A stretch of 64,000 nucleotides of DNA from an uncultured Candidatus Binatia bacterium (lineage in GTDB: Bacteria; Desulfobacterota; Binatia; UBA9968; JAJDTQ01). The notes below the pieces were generated by a model, which had not been told where the DNA came from, did no database searches, and worked only from the letters and a program-made list of their open reading frames with translations. How positions within the stretch are numbered: position 1 is the first letter of the stretch; every line of letters starts with the position of its first letter. The stretch spans positions 2,528,001-2,592,000 of the forward strand of contig OZ219754.1 in assembly GCA_964291295.2 (NCBI GenBank). Reading direction: 5' to 3'. A program made the translations under genes and the position numbers. Below are positions 1 through 11,779 of the stretch, piece by piece.

Positions 1-241
1 CCAGCAGCACCGCGGTGCCGATCCTGACCCGTTCGGTCTTCACCGCCAGCGCGCCCAGGGTGCTGATGACCTCAAGCCGCGACTTGGCGGTCACGCTGTC
101 GCCGATCCACACCGAGTCGTAGCCGGCCTCCTCCACCGCCGTGGCGAGGTTGAAGATGGGGCTCAGGTCCGGGACCGCGGTCTTGGCCAGGATCACGCCG
201 CGGGTGGGCAACAGGATGCCAAAGCCGAGTCTTTTCGTCAT
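1..241 (-). CDS. LLM class flavin-dependent oxidoreductase (partial, runs off window)
   Basis: Manual translation MTKRLGFGILLPTRG...AVEEAGYDSVWIGDSVTAKSRLEVISTLGALAVKTERVRIGTAVL, a typical luciferase-like monooxygenase N-terminus; not in the ORF track. Confidence 0.8.
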   Translation of the reverse strand, partial: MTKRLGFGILLPTRGVILAKTAVPDLSPIFNLATAVEEAGYDSVWIGDSVTAKSRLEVISTLGALAVKTERVRIGTAVLL

Positions 242-297
242 GGGGTTTCTCCTGATGATTTTCCGGGCAGGTATTCCCCGCCAAGGCCCGCCAGGCT

Positions 298-1869
298 TCA
301 GAAACGGAGGAACAGTTCGTCGGCGCCTTCGCTGGTGAGTTGCGAGAGGGTCGTGATCCGGTCGCTGAATTCCTTGAGCGTTCCCGGGGAGCTTTGACCC
401 ACGTCGATGAGAATGGAGAAGAGCGAGAAGCCGAGCCGGTCCTTCTCCCCGAGGAACCGTTCCGACCACTCTGCCGACACCTGGCACTCACCATCCGTGA
501 TGAAAACGATATCTCCCTTCTTGTAACGTGATTTTCCGAGGCACTCCAGGGCCGCGTCCAGAGGCTTCTCGAAGTCGGTGCCGCCGCCGGGAAAGTGCGA
601 CGCCAGATCCATGAGCCTGTCGGGCTCGATGGCCGCGCCCCGGCGGGTGGTCATGTCGAGGATGTGCAGGTCGGTCTCCCTGGACGAAAAGCAGATGGAA
701 CGGAACGGCCGGCGTTGGCGCCGCGTCAGGTCCAGCAGTGTCAGCGTCACGGCCTTGGACCACAGCTCCTTGTCTCCGGCCATGGAGGAGCTGCCGTCGA
801 GGCACACCACCACCGGGCCCTTGCGCCGCTCCTCCATGCCCCGGAGACTGTACTGCAGCAGCTCCCGCTCCAGCAGCCGCCGCCGGAAGTCCCGGCGCAG
901 CAACGGGTGGCGCAGCGTCACCAGCTCCTGGGGCAGCAGACGATCCAGGGCGCCCCCCTGCTCCACCGCATGGAGCTCATCGTTGGCCCGCTCGAAGGTA
1001 CGCCTGCGCAACGCCAGGGCATGGGACTTCATCCGGCCCACCATGCGGATGAGTTTCTTGAGCTTGTCGTTGCCGGCCAGCCGCCGCCCCAGTTCGAGCC
1101 TCCGGTCCGGGGGCAGGCGCCCCCCGGAACCCAGTGCGGAGCCCCACTGCTCGGCTTCCTCGGAGGCTTCCTCCAGTTTCCGGGCGGCGCGGACGGCCGA
1201 AGCCCGCACCCGTGCCCGAGCCTCGTCCTGGACGCGCTCCAGCTCCTCGACCCACTGGCGCCGCCCGTGCCGGATTGAGGCGGCGTGGCCCCGCAGCCTG
1301 CTCCGGAGTCGCTCCGCCAAGGCTTCGAGGGCCTCCTCCCTGCCGGCGCCGTCTTCCTGCCCGCCCAGTTCGGCGGCATGACGCAGGGTCTCGCGGGTCT
1401 GCCGGAAATCCTCCTCCTGCCGGTGCAGCTTCCAGGCGTCCATCATGTCGTGGCGCGTCCACGGCCTTTCGGACTTGAGCATGGCCAGGAGCCCTTCGCC
1501 CACCAGCAGCGTGCACAGGCCGGCCCTGGCCTCGTCGAGCAGCGTCATCTCCCGCAGGATCCGGCTCACCTCGCCGTCGTGCAGCGCGGTGAGAAGGGTC
1601 CGGTTGACCGCCGCGCTGGGGAGCACGTCGGACTCGTCGGCGAAGACGATGTTGTACTTGAACAGCAGGCGGAAGATGTCCTGCAGCAGCGACGGGAAGT
1701 GGGGCAGGAGGGTCTGGCCGGCGCGTTCCAGTTCCCGCAGGCTGGCCGCGTCCCGGCGCAGCAGTCCGTAGGCATGGCGGTCGTAACGGTCGCCCTCGAT
1801 CCAGTTGGCGTTGTCGGGCATTTCCGGCGGCGGTGCCGCGGGCTTCTTGCCGGAAGCGCGGCGGGCCAC
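298..1869 (-). CDS. VWA domain protein (ViaA-like partner of MoxR ATPase)
   Basis: C-terminal MIDAS motif CLDGSSSM, GGGTDF and FITDG; probable GTG start overlaps the stop of the upstream ATPase (alternative ATG at 1821). Confidence 0.85.
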   Translation of the reverse strand: MARRASGKKPAAPPPEMPDNANWIEGDRYDRHAYGLLRRDAASLRELERAGQTLLPHFPSLLQDIFRLLFKYNIVFADESDVLPSAAVNRTLLTALHDGEVSRILREMTLLDEARAGLCTLLVGEGLLAMLKSERPWTRHDMMDAWKLHRQEEDFRQTRETLRHAAELGGQEDGAGREEALEALAERLRSRLRGHAASIRHGRRQWVEELERVQDEARARVRASAVRAARKLEEASEEAEQWGSALGSGGRLPPDRRLELGRRLAGNDKLKKLIRMVGRMKSHALALRRRTFERANDELHAVEQGGALDRLLPQELVTLRHPLLRRDFRRRLLERELLQYSLRGMEERRKGPVVVCLDGSSSMAGDKELWSKAVTLTLLDLTRRQRRPFRSICFSSRETDLHILDMTTRRGAAIEPDRLMDLASHFPGGGTDFEKPLDAALECLGKSRYKKGDIVFITDGECQVSAEWSERFLGEKDRLGFSLFSILIDVGQSSPGTLKEFSDRITTLSQLTSEGADELFLRF

Positions 1870-2987
1870 TACAGGCCCTCCAGCAGGCGCTTCTGGATGG
1901 TCCGGACCTCGTCCCGCACCTCTTCCAACCGGGCCGCGGGCCGGTCCGCGTCGGCGGCCTTCTCCATGATCTGTTCGATCCTGGCGAGGAGGTTGCGGAG
2001 CTTGGCATGGGCCTCGATGAGAGCCTGGGAACGCAGCTCCTGGGTGTCCCAGGGGCGTTGCGCATATTCTCCGATCTCCCGGGCCTGGTACAGGAGCTCC
2101 CGGGCCTCCTGCTCGTGGCCGAGCACGGTCTCCCTGAGGATGGAGGCGACTTCGGCATGCTCGGACGGTTCCCGCCACAGGACATGCTCCAGGAACAGGA
2201 GGCTCCGATCCGAGACTTGGGCGTCCCCCGCCAGGTACGAATGCGCCTTCATGAGTGCCAGGGACTGGCGGTAGCGCCGGTCGGAGGCGACGATCTGCTT
2301 CCTGCCGAGCTGCCGGCGGACCTCGGCCATGGCCCTGGGGACGTGGCCGGGGACCGGTTGCGCCTCCGCCTCGCCTTGCATGGCGTTGAGTTCCGCCAGG
2401 GTGAGGGACACTTGGGCCGGCCGCGGCGGCGCCTCCAGCATGCGCAGGAAACGATAGTCTTCCTGGATGTAGTCCACCACGAAGCGGAGCAGGAAGCGGT
2501 CGTACAGCGCCGTCAGCTCGTCGTCCTCGGGAAGCTCGTTGCTGGCGCCGAACAGGGTGATGAGCGGCACATCGTGAACGTGCTGGCCATTGTGAAACCG
2601 GCGCTCGTTGATGAGGGTCAGGATCGAGTTCAGGATCGAGGAGTTGGCCTTGAAGACCTCGTCCAGAAAGGCGACGTGGGCTTCCGGGAGCTTGCGTGTG
2701 GTGACGCGCCGGTAATCGTCCCGCTCCAGCCCCTTGAGGCTCACCGCGCCGAACAACTCTTCCGGAGCGGTGAACCGGGTCAACAGCCACTGGAAGTAGC
2801 CGGCGCCCTCAATGCGCCGGCACAGTTCGTCCGCCAGCATCGATTTGGCCGTGCCCGGCGGGCCGATGATGAGCAGATTCTGAGCCGACAGCAGGGCCGC
2901 GAGCGCACCGTCGATGAGTTCGCTCCGTTCCAGGAACGTCTGTTGCAACTCCTCGCGAAGCGCCAGCAGTTTTTCCTTCGCCGTCAT
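1869..2987 (-). CDS. MoxR-family AAA+ ATPase (RavA-like)
   Basis: Walker A GPPGTAKS, Walker B FLDEVFKANSSILN, GASNELP, LYDRF. Confidence 0.9.
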   Translation of the reverse strand: MTAKEKLLALREELQQTFLERSELIDGALAALLSAQNLLIIGPPGTAKSMLADELCRRIEGAGYFQWLLTRFTAPEELFGAVSLKGLERDDYRRVTTRKLPEAHVAFLDEVFKANSSILNSILTLINERRFHNGQHVHDVPLITLFGASNELPEDDELTALYDRFLLRFVVDYIQEDYRFLRMLEAPPRPAQVSLTLAELNAMQGEAEAQPVPGHVPRAMAEVRRQLGRKQIVASDRRYRQSLALMKAHSYLAGDAQVSDRSLLFLEHVLWREPSEHAEVASILRETVLGHEQEARELLYQAREIGEYAQRPWDTQELRSQALIEAHAKLRNLLARIEQIMEKAADADRPAARLEEVRDEVRTIQKRLLEGL

Positions 2988-3237
2988 GCGGGAAACCGGT
3001 CGTGCATTCGCATTGTAACACTCGATTGTAACGGACAGGGAACCCGGACCGGAAACGACGCGGCTATGGGTGGCCGTGCATCCGTCCTCCCTCGCGAACC
3101 CTGCAATCCGGCGCCGTCCATGATGACTTCAGGTGGTGCGGATTCCGCCTCCGCTGATTCCAGGTTTCCGTATGGGGCGCCTGCGCTGCTCCTACTGTCT
3201 TCCGCTCAATCCGGCATCCGAACAGAGCGTCTTTCCC

Positions 3238-4485
3238 TCAAGCCTCCCAGAGCATCTTGACGGGCATCGCGAATAGTCCGGGGGCCGTGCGCTGAATCCG
3301 CTCGCCGTCGTGAAGGAGGATACCGCAGGCGAAGCTGCGGCCCACGGCCTCCTTCAGGCCCGAAGTCCGTTGAAGTCCCGGGGACGGGCCGTTGCCCCCG
3401 CCTTGACCTCGATCCCGACAATCGTGCCCGGGGAACGTTCAAGGACCAGGTCGATCTCGACGCCGTTCTTGTCGCGATAGTGGCTGACAGCCGTCGTTTC
3501 GTCCGAAAGAGCGATGGCTTTGGCGATCTCCCCGTGCACGAAACTCTCCAGAAGCGGTCCCAGTCTCTGGCGGTCCCGCGCGATATCCGCGGCGTCCGTC
3601 CGCAGCAGTGCCGCGAGCAGGCCGGAATCCAGAAACTGCAGCTTCGATGTCTTGACAAGCCGCTTCAACCGGCTGTTGTGCCAGGCGCGAATACGTCGGG
3701 TCAGGAACATGTGCTCCAGCAGGACGAGCCAGCGCCCCGCGGTCTTGCCGTCGACGCCAAGGTGCGCACCAAGGCTGGACATGTTGAGCAGCTGGCCTGC
3801 CGATACGGCCGCGTGGTCGATCAGGCGAACCATCTCGTCGCGCTTGCCGACAGGAGCGATATCCGGGACGTCGCGTTGGGCAAGCGCCCGCGTATAGGCG
3901 CGCAGCCAGGAGCGACGCCGTGTCGGGGTGGTGCGGGCAAGCGCCGCCGGAGACGATTCGCGGGATCAGACCGATGGTCGGCCCGGTTTCCTGGATGGCC
4001 GGAAAGTCGCCGGCAAAGGCCCGGTCGAGGAATCGCGGCGGGACGGAGCCGGCAATCTCGGCTTGGGAGAACGGCAGAAGATCGACGGTCTCGACGCGCC
4101 CGGCCAGTGAATCCGGAGAAATCGTGCTCCGGAACAGATCGACCGAGCCCGTGATCAGGAACCGTCCGGGGTCGGGACATTCGTCGACAATCTTCTTGAG
4201 CGCCAGGATCAGGTTCGGCGCGCGCTGGATCTCGTCGATGGCCGCACGTTGCAGCCCCCGGACGAAACCGGTGGGATCGTCCCGGGCGAACCGCCTGAAC
4301 GGGTCGTCGTCCAGCGAGACGAACGCGCGGCCGTCGTCATTGGCAACGCGGCGAGCAAGCGTTGTCTTGCCCGACTGCCGTGGCCCCACGATGGCGACAA
4401 TGCGGGTGTCGGCAAGCGCGAGGCGAACGGGCGCCTCGGCGTGCCGCGCCACATAGGTTCCGGCATGGGAGGTGTGGTTTTTCAC
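3238..4485 (-). pseudogene. AAA_14/DUF4143 ATP-binding protein, frameshifted
   Basis: GPRQSGKTT, IDEIQRAP, ITGS and SLAGR in ORF 3439-4512; DUF4143 part (KLQFLDSGL, HYRDKNGVEIDLV, GIEVKAG) in ORF 3354-3833; last residues in a third frame. Confidence 0.8.
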
Positions 4486-4559
4486 GGCATGTCGTCGAGG
4501 TCGGTCGTCCAATTCGGAATGGTTACCCGTTTGTTTCGGACTATATCACCGCGCCCTCC

Positions 4560-5272
4560 GGCGGTCACACGCCAGCCGAAATGCCAACCCGCGGTGGTTG
4601 ACGCAGGGCCGGCGATGGACCGGGCGCGGGAACCATCGACTTTTGCTACAAGAGCCACATCAGCGTAGACCGTGAGTTCGGCCTGATCCGGGGTTGGGAG
4701 GTGACCGATGCGGCGTGTCACGACAGCCAAGTGTTCGAGGCTGTTCTGGATGAGTCGAACACGATCGGTTCAGTCTGGGCGGACAGCGTGTATTACAGCC
4801 GAGAGTGTGGCGACGGCTGAGCGAAGGGGGGGCGCAGCCACATTCACCGCCAGAGCTACCGAAATCAACCGTTGAGTGCTTGTTCGCGGGAGACCAAACA
4901 CAAGCGCTCGAAGGTGCGAGCTGCAGTCGAACCTGTATTCGCTCAACACGAAGCCATGGGAGGCAAGCGAGTACGAATCACCGGGCTGGTCCGAGCCCGA
5001 TTCAATTTCGCGATGAATGAATCGGGTCTTCAATTTCCGTCGGCTTGCCTGGCCGCGGGGGAACCGCCGGCCGGTCTACGTGTATGCGACCCGTTGAATC
5101 ACACGGGACGAAAAACACTGCTCTATACCATAGAAAACAACATCCCCCCGGCTGCTTGAAACCCATTCCAGCCCAGCATCCCTCCGATCACTCCTTCCTT
5201 CGAATATCTGCCCCCCAATATCCTCCAACTCCCATTCCCAATACATCGGGTTTTGAGTTTCGAGAGTCTCCC
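4560..5272 (+). mobile_element. IS5-family transposase remnant
   Basis: Fragments YKSHISVDREFGLIRGWEVTDAACHDSQVFEAVLD...VWADSVY and KRSKVRAAVEPVFAQ...RITGLVRARF, broken by frameshifts; boundaries approximate. Confidence 0.7.
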
Positions 5273-5360
5273 AATGGGTTATACTGGAAAGGAAGGCGGC
5301 TGGCCGTGCTTGGTTCAACGGTCAACATCATTGCGCACCGCGTTCGACATGAAATGTCGC

Positions 5361-5525
5361 GCTACAGATCGACCCCCCGCACCCGGAGTGTCCGAAAGCA
5401 AACTCGCCGTTCGACGCGACTTTTCGGGACGGCGCTTCAATGAGACCGGGGCACACGCCCTTGATGCCCCATGACGGGTGGCATAAGATGCGGCCTCAAC
5501 GGAGGTGGAGTTCGAGTTGCTTGAC
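5361..5525 (-). CRISPR. Degenerate type I-G-like CRISPR mini-array (1 clear repeat, 2 degenerate candidates)
   Basis: Minus strand of 5434-5468 reads GGCATCAAGGGCGTGTGCCCCGGTCTCATTGAAGC (hairpin GGGC-GTGT-GCCC, 3' ATTGAAGC). 5493-5525 ends CCTCCGTTGAGGC. 5361-5396 is a weak copy 73 nt from the clear repeat. Confidence 0.55.
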
Positions 5526-5616
5526 AGTCATCGGATGCTACCCCCTACAAACATCAGTAACGAGACGATTCCTCAAGGCACAGATGGCCCCTAATTGCAT
5601 TCGCTCTCCACATCAA

Positions 5617-6936
5617 AGCATATTCCAACAAGAAGATAGCCTATGCAGGGGGCGGCGGGAGGGTGGAGGGAGGCAGTGTGGAGGAGTTGCCTCGAGGGGG
5701 TAATCCAGGAACTGTTTTTGGGAGAGGTCTCTGTAAGAGAGAGGGTATCGGAGGGGATGCGGAAGGGAGAGGAAGTGATCAAGGGGAGGGGGAGAGTGGT
5801 CGATGGAGAGGAAGAGGGGGTCGCGGGCGGCGTTGAGGGCACGTGAGGCTTGCAGGCCGCTCATGGCGTGGGCTTGGGCGTCGAGGGTGGCGAATGAGAG
5901 GCCGGGCTTGAGAGAGACTGTGGCATCGGGCAGGGAGCGGAACTTGGCGTAGGGGGTGCAGACCTCGGCGGGGCGATAGACGCGCTGGGAGGGTAACAGA
6001 CAGGGGCGGTGGTCGTTGAGGAAGGGAGAGAGGTGCTGGCGGACGAAGGCATTGAGCAGGGGGGCGAAGCGCTGCGGGATGTGAGCACGGCCGAGGAAGC
6101 GTCGTAGGGCGTGGGCGTTCTTGCTTTCGACAAGGGCGTTGTCGGTGGAACGCCGGGGTCGGGACTTGGTGAAGTCTCGGACATGCAGCTTGTTGAGGAG
6201 TGTGGTTGATGTACTCCGAGCCATTGTCGGTATGGAAGCCGAGGATGACGAAGGGAAACAGGCCGAGCAGGGCCTCGAGCAGGGGGGCAAGGAAACGCTC
6301 GGAGATGGCAGCCACAGCGCCGACGAACTCGTACGGGGTGAGTTCGTACACGAGGTTGATGAGGTAGACGCCCTTGGCACCGTCGCGGTCGCCTCAGTGG
6401 ACGGTGTCCACGCGCAGGAAGCCGGGCCGACCGTTGGGCTGCGGGGCGCGCCGTTCGCCCACAGCCCCGCCGCCGGCACGGGTGCTGACGACGACCGTGC
6501 GTTGCCTCCGGTAGGTGCGGGGCCACGTGGATGTGTCCCGTCGAGACCCGCGCCAGTAGCCGAATGTCCGCCGGTGAGTAGACCCGCGCGAAGGGACGCC
6601 CTTGGTTGCCTTGCGTCGGTCCACGACCCGGCCGGTCTTGCGGTACGGGCGAATCAGCCGCGCGCCCGAGAGTAGTCGGTGGTCTTCTCCGGAAAGCGCT
6701 TCATCCGAGCCTTGGACGGCTTGTCCCATCCACTGTAGCCGAGCCGCACCAGGGTCCGCTTCACGAACTCGCAGGTGTCGGCCCGCTCGGTCGGGTGAAA
6801 GTCTACAGGCTCGCTCGCCTCGACGAAGGCCGCAATCTGCTCGATAGTCCCCAGGCGTTCCGTTCGAAGTGTTACGATCATCTCCTGATGATCCCCGACA
6901 TCCTTGCTTCAGGCTCACTCTGCATTGGACAAGACT
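5617..6936 (-). mobile_element. Degenerate IS with rve/integrase-type DDE transposase (ISNCY/IS481-like), 5-bp target duplication ATCAA
   Basis: Fragments GFLRVDTVH, GFHTDNGSEYIN and DNALVESKN; imperfect terminal IRs AGCATATTCCAA / TTGGACAAGACT; ATCAA at 5612-5616 and 6937-6941; second copy at 24273-25042. Confidence 0.8.
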
Positions 6937-6941
6937 ATCAA

Positions 6942-6970
6942 TTGACCAGTTCCGCAACTGGATGTATCCT
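6942..6970 (+). promoter_or_regulatory. Putative sigma70 promoter of the cas operon with a palindromic operator
   Basis: TTGACC-N17-TATCCT, ending 11 nt before the cas3 ATG; perfect inverted repeat CCAGTT-N4-AACTGG at 6946-6961. Confidence 0.55.
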
Positions 6971-6981
6971 GATCACGGACG

Positions 6982-9784
6982 ATGACAGTGCCAATGGACT
7001 TCGACGATATTTTCAGATTGCTGACGGGACATCGGCCCTTTCGATGGCAAAAGCGCCTCTTCGAGGACTGGCTGTCTGCCGGAAAGCTTCCGTCAGCCAT
7101 CGACATCCCGACCGGCTTGGGCAAGACCGCCGTCATGGCGGTGTGGTTGCTCGCACGGGCAGTTGGCGCGAGCCTGCCCCGACGGCTGGTCTACGTTGTA
7201 GACCGCCGTTCCGTGGTGGACCAAGCGACCCGGTTCGCCGAACAGCTGCGCCGCAACATGCGCACCTTACCAACCGGCAGGTTGTCAAGTCTCGAGAACG
7301 GCACGGACGGGATGCCGATTTCCACTCTGCGTGGCGGATTCGTCGACAATCGCGACTGGCTCGAAAATCCTGTCACACCCGCAATTGTAATTGGGACCAT
7401 CGACATGATCGGCTCCCGGCTGCTGTTCGAAGGATACGGGGTGTCGCGGGCCATGCGTCCCTACCAAGCCGGCTTCCTCGGTGTTGATACCCTCGTCTTG
7501 CTTGACGAGGCGCATCTCTGTCCTCCGTTCGAAGCCCTCCTGCGCCAGATCGCGGATCGTCGCGATACAGACTTGGGCTCGGGACCGGATGATGGGAAGA
7601 TTACGCCGCCATTCCATCTGATCCCCTTGTCCGCGACGGGGCGGAACAGCACAGGGGGGCCGCCCAACTCCGTTTTCTGTCTCAATGATCGCGATCGCCA
7701 AGAGCCGGTCGTCCATCGCCGCCTCACCGCGCGAAAGCGGCTCCAGATCACGGAGCTCACGGATGTAGAAGATCTCGTGAAGCACATGGGCCACCGTGCA
7801 ATCGAGCTTGGTACCCGCGACACGCCGTCCCGCGTGATCGTCTACTTCGACCACCGTGTCCACGCGGTCAAGGCGGAGCAAGTGATCGAAAAGGAACTCA
7901 AGCGAAGACAGAGGGCAGGAGAGTTGGCGACGGACTGGGAAACGGAGCTTCTCGTCGGCGAACGTAGGGTACATGAACGTGCGGGACTGGAGCAATGGCT
8001 CGAACAGAGCGGTTTCCTTGGTGACTCCAAGTCTCAGCTGCTTTCACCGAGGTTCCTGGTAGCCACGTCCGCAGGCGAAGTGGGTGTGGACCTGGATGCG
8101 GATCACATGGTGTGCGACCTTGTGGCCTATGAGCGTATGGTGCAGCGACTCGGCCGTGTCAATCGACGGGGCGGCAGCGACCGAACCGCTTTGGTGGAAG
8201 TGTTCGCGGTACGCCCCGAGATCAGCGCCAATGCCGGTAAGGAAGAGAAGGAAGCACACGAGCGAACTCTCCAAATCTATAACCACCGATTGGCCGCGTT
8301 GTGCCATTTGCCTCGGGGTGACGATGGTCGCCAGGACGCCAGTCCATCGGCAACCGTCGTGCTGAAGCGCGAACACCTTGGGGTGGTGGAAGCGGCCACC
8401 ACCCCAGCGCCATTATATCCGGAACTGAACCGTCCACTCGTTGATGCTTGGTCCATGACGTCCCTCACGCAGCATGAAGGACGCCCCGAGGTCGCTCCGT
8501 GGCTGCGTGGCTGGGAGGACGAGGATGATCCGCAGACCCATGTGGTCTGGCGCAGGTATCTGCCAACTGTGCGTCAGGACGATACCATCTCAGCGCCGCC
8601 GGCCATGATCGCCGAATTCTTCCGGTCCGCGCCCATCCATGCGAGCGAAAAGCTCGAAGCGCCATCGAAGCGCGTGTTCGACTGGTTGCTCAAGAGAGTG
8701 GCTCAGATCGGTGAAGCCAGGCAGGACTCTGAACGGGCCATTACCGACGACGAGATCGTTGCGGTCCTTATGGACCACGCCGGCGAGCACCGACAGAGTG
8801 CAAGTCTCCGCGTCCTCCGGCGTCTGGCCACCCCCGCCAGTTCTCTGAGCAGGGATGAACAACGCGACAAGCGCGAGTGGACGGAACGGCTGCTACCTGG
8901 ATCGCTGATGGTGGTCGACGCAAGACTGCTCCGCGGCCTGCGCGACGGCATGCTTGATGAGAAGTCCGACTTCGAAGTCGCCTCCGCGGATGACGATGAC
9001 GATTGGCGACAACAGACAGAAGAGGAATATCCATCCATTGAATTGCCGCGTCCCCTGATCAAGTTTCGAGTGTACGAAATCGCTGGAAGCGAGGATGGCG
9101 AGGGAGTGGATACGGCCATCGCTAATACAGGCTGGCAGCATGTCCGGACCTTTGAGACCCGCATTGATGCCGGGGGTGTGATACGGGGCGGATTGGCCGT
9201 CTACAAGTGGTTCGACGACGCGGCGGACGAGGATTCCCGCTCCATATTGTCGGCGCCCCAAGCCTTGATCGATCATGCCACGGAAGCGGCGGCACGCACC
9301 CGCGACTTGGCGACGAGGCTGGGGCTGTCCGAAGAGGAAATCGAAGCGCTCACCTTGGCGGCGCGGATGCATGACGACGGCAAGGCCGCGACGCGCTGGC
9401 AGAACGCAATGAATGCGCCAAAGGACGGGCGTCCCTATGCCAAGACATGCGGCGGCGGAAACTGGCGTCATTTGGAGGGCTACCGTCACGAGTTCGGTTC
9501 GCTGCTGAGAGCGGAATTGGAAGAGTTACCGAATCAGACGCGGGACCTGATCCTGCATCTCATCGCGGCCCATCATGGCAACGCCCGCCCGTTCATTAGC
9601 GCCGCGGGTTGCGAGGACGGACCGCCCTCCCTGCTTGAGGCCAAGGCGGGCGATGCGGCATTGCGCTTCGCGCGGCTCCAGAAGCGGTACGGTCCTTGGG
9701 GACTTGCATGGCGCGAAGCCATTCTCCGGGCCGCAGACCAGAGCGTATCCCGTGAGTGGTCAACGCGGCACGGGAAACCGACGT

Positions 9785-9792
<8 letters not shown>
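6982..9792 (+). CDS. cas3: Type I-G (I-U) CRISPR-associated helicase/nuclease Cas3 with C-terminal HD domain
   Basis: PTGLGKT, LDEAHL, LSAT, ATSAGEVGVDLD, QRLGRVNR; C-terminal HD motifs DH...HDDGKA...RHEFGS...AHHG...AD. Confidence 0.95.
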
Positions 9793-11763
<1,971 letters not shown>

Positions 11764-11779
11764 AGACGAAGGAACAGTG

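Noticed and set aside
5076-5360. Small ORFs beside the mini-array as a CreT-like toxin
   Set aside because: They largely overlap the IS5 remnant end; no convincing RBS/start or rare-codon mini-ORF could be supported.
5476-5543. 12/15 inverted match between the mini-array spacer and 5529-5543 (next to TTGACA) as the guide target
   Set aside because: No adjacent TTN PAM and the first two seed positions mismatch; it could be an RNA hairpin but is not supportable as a protospacer.
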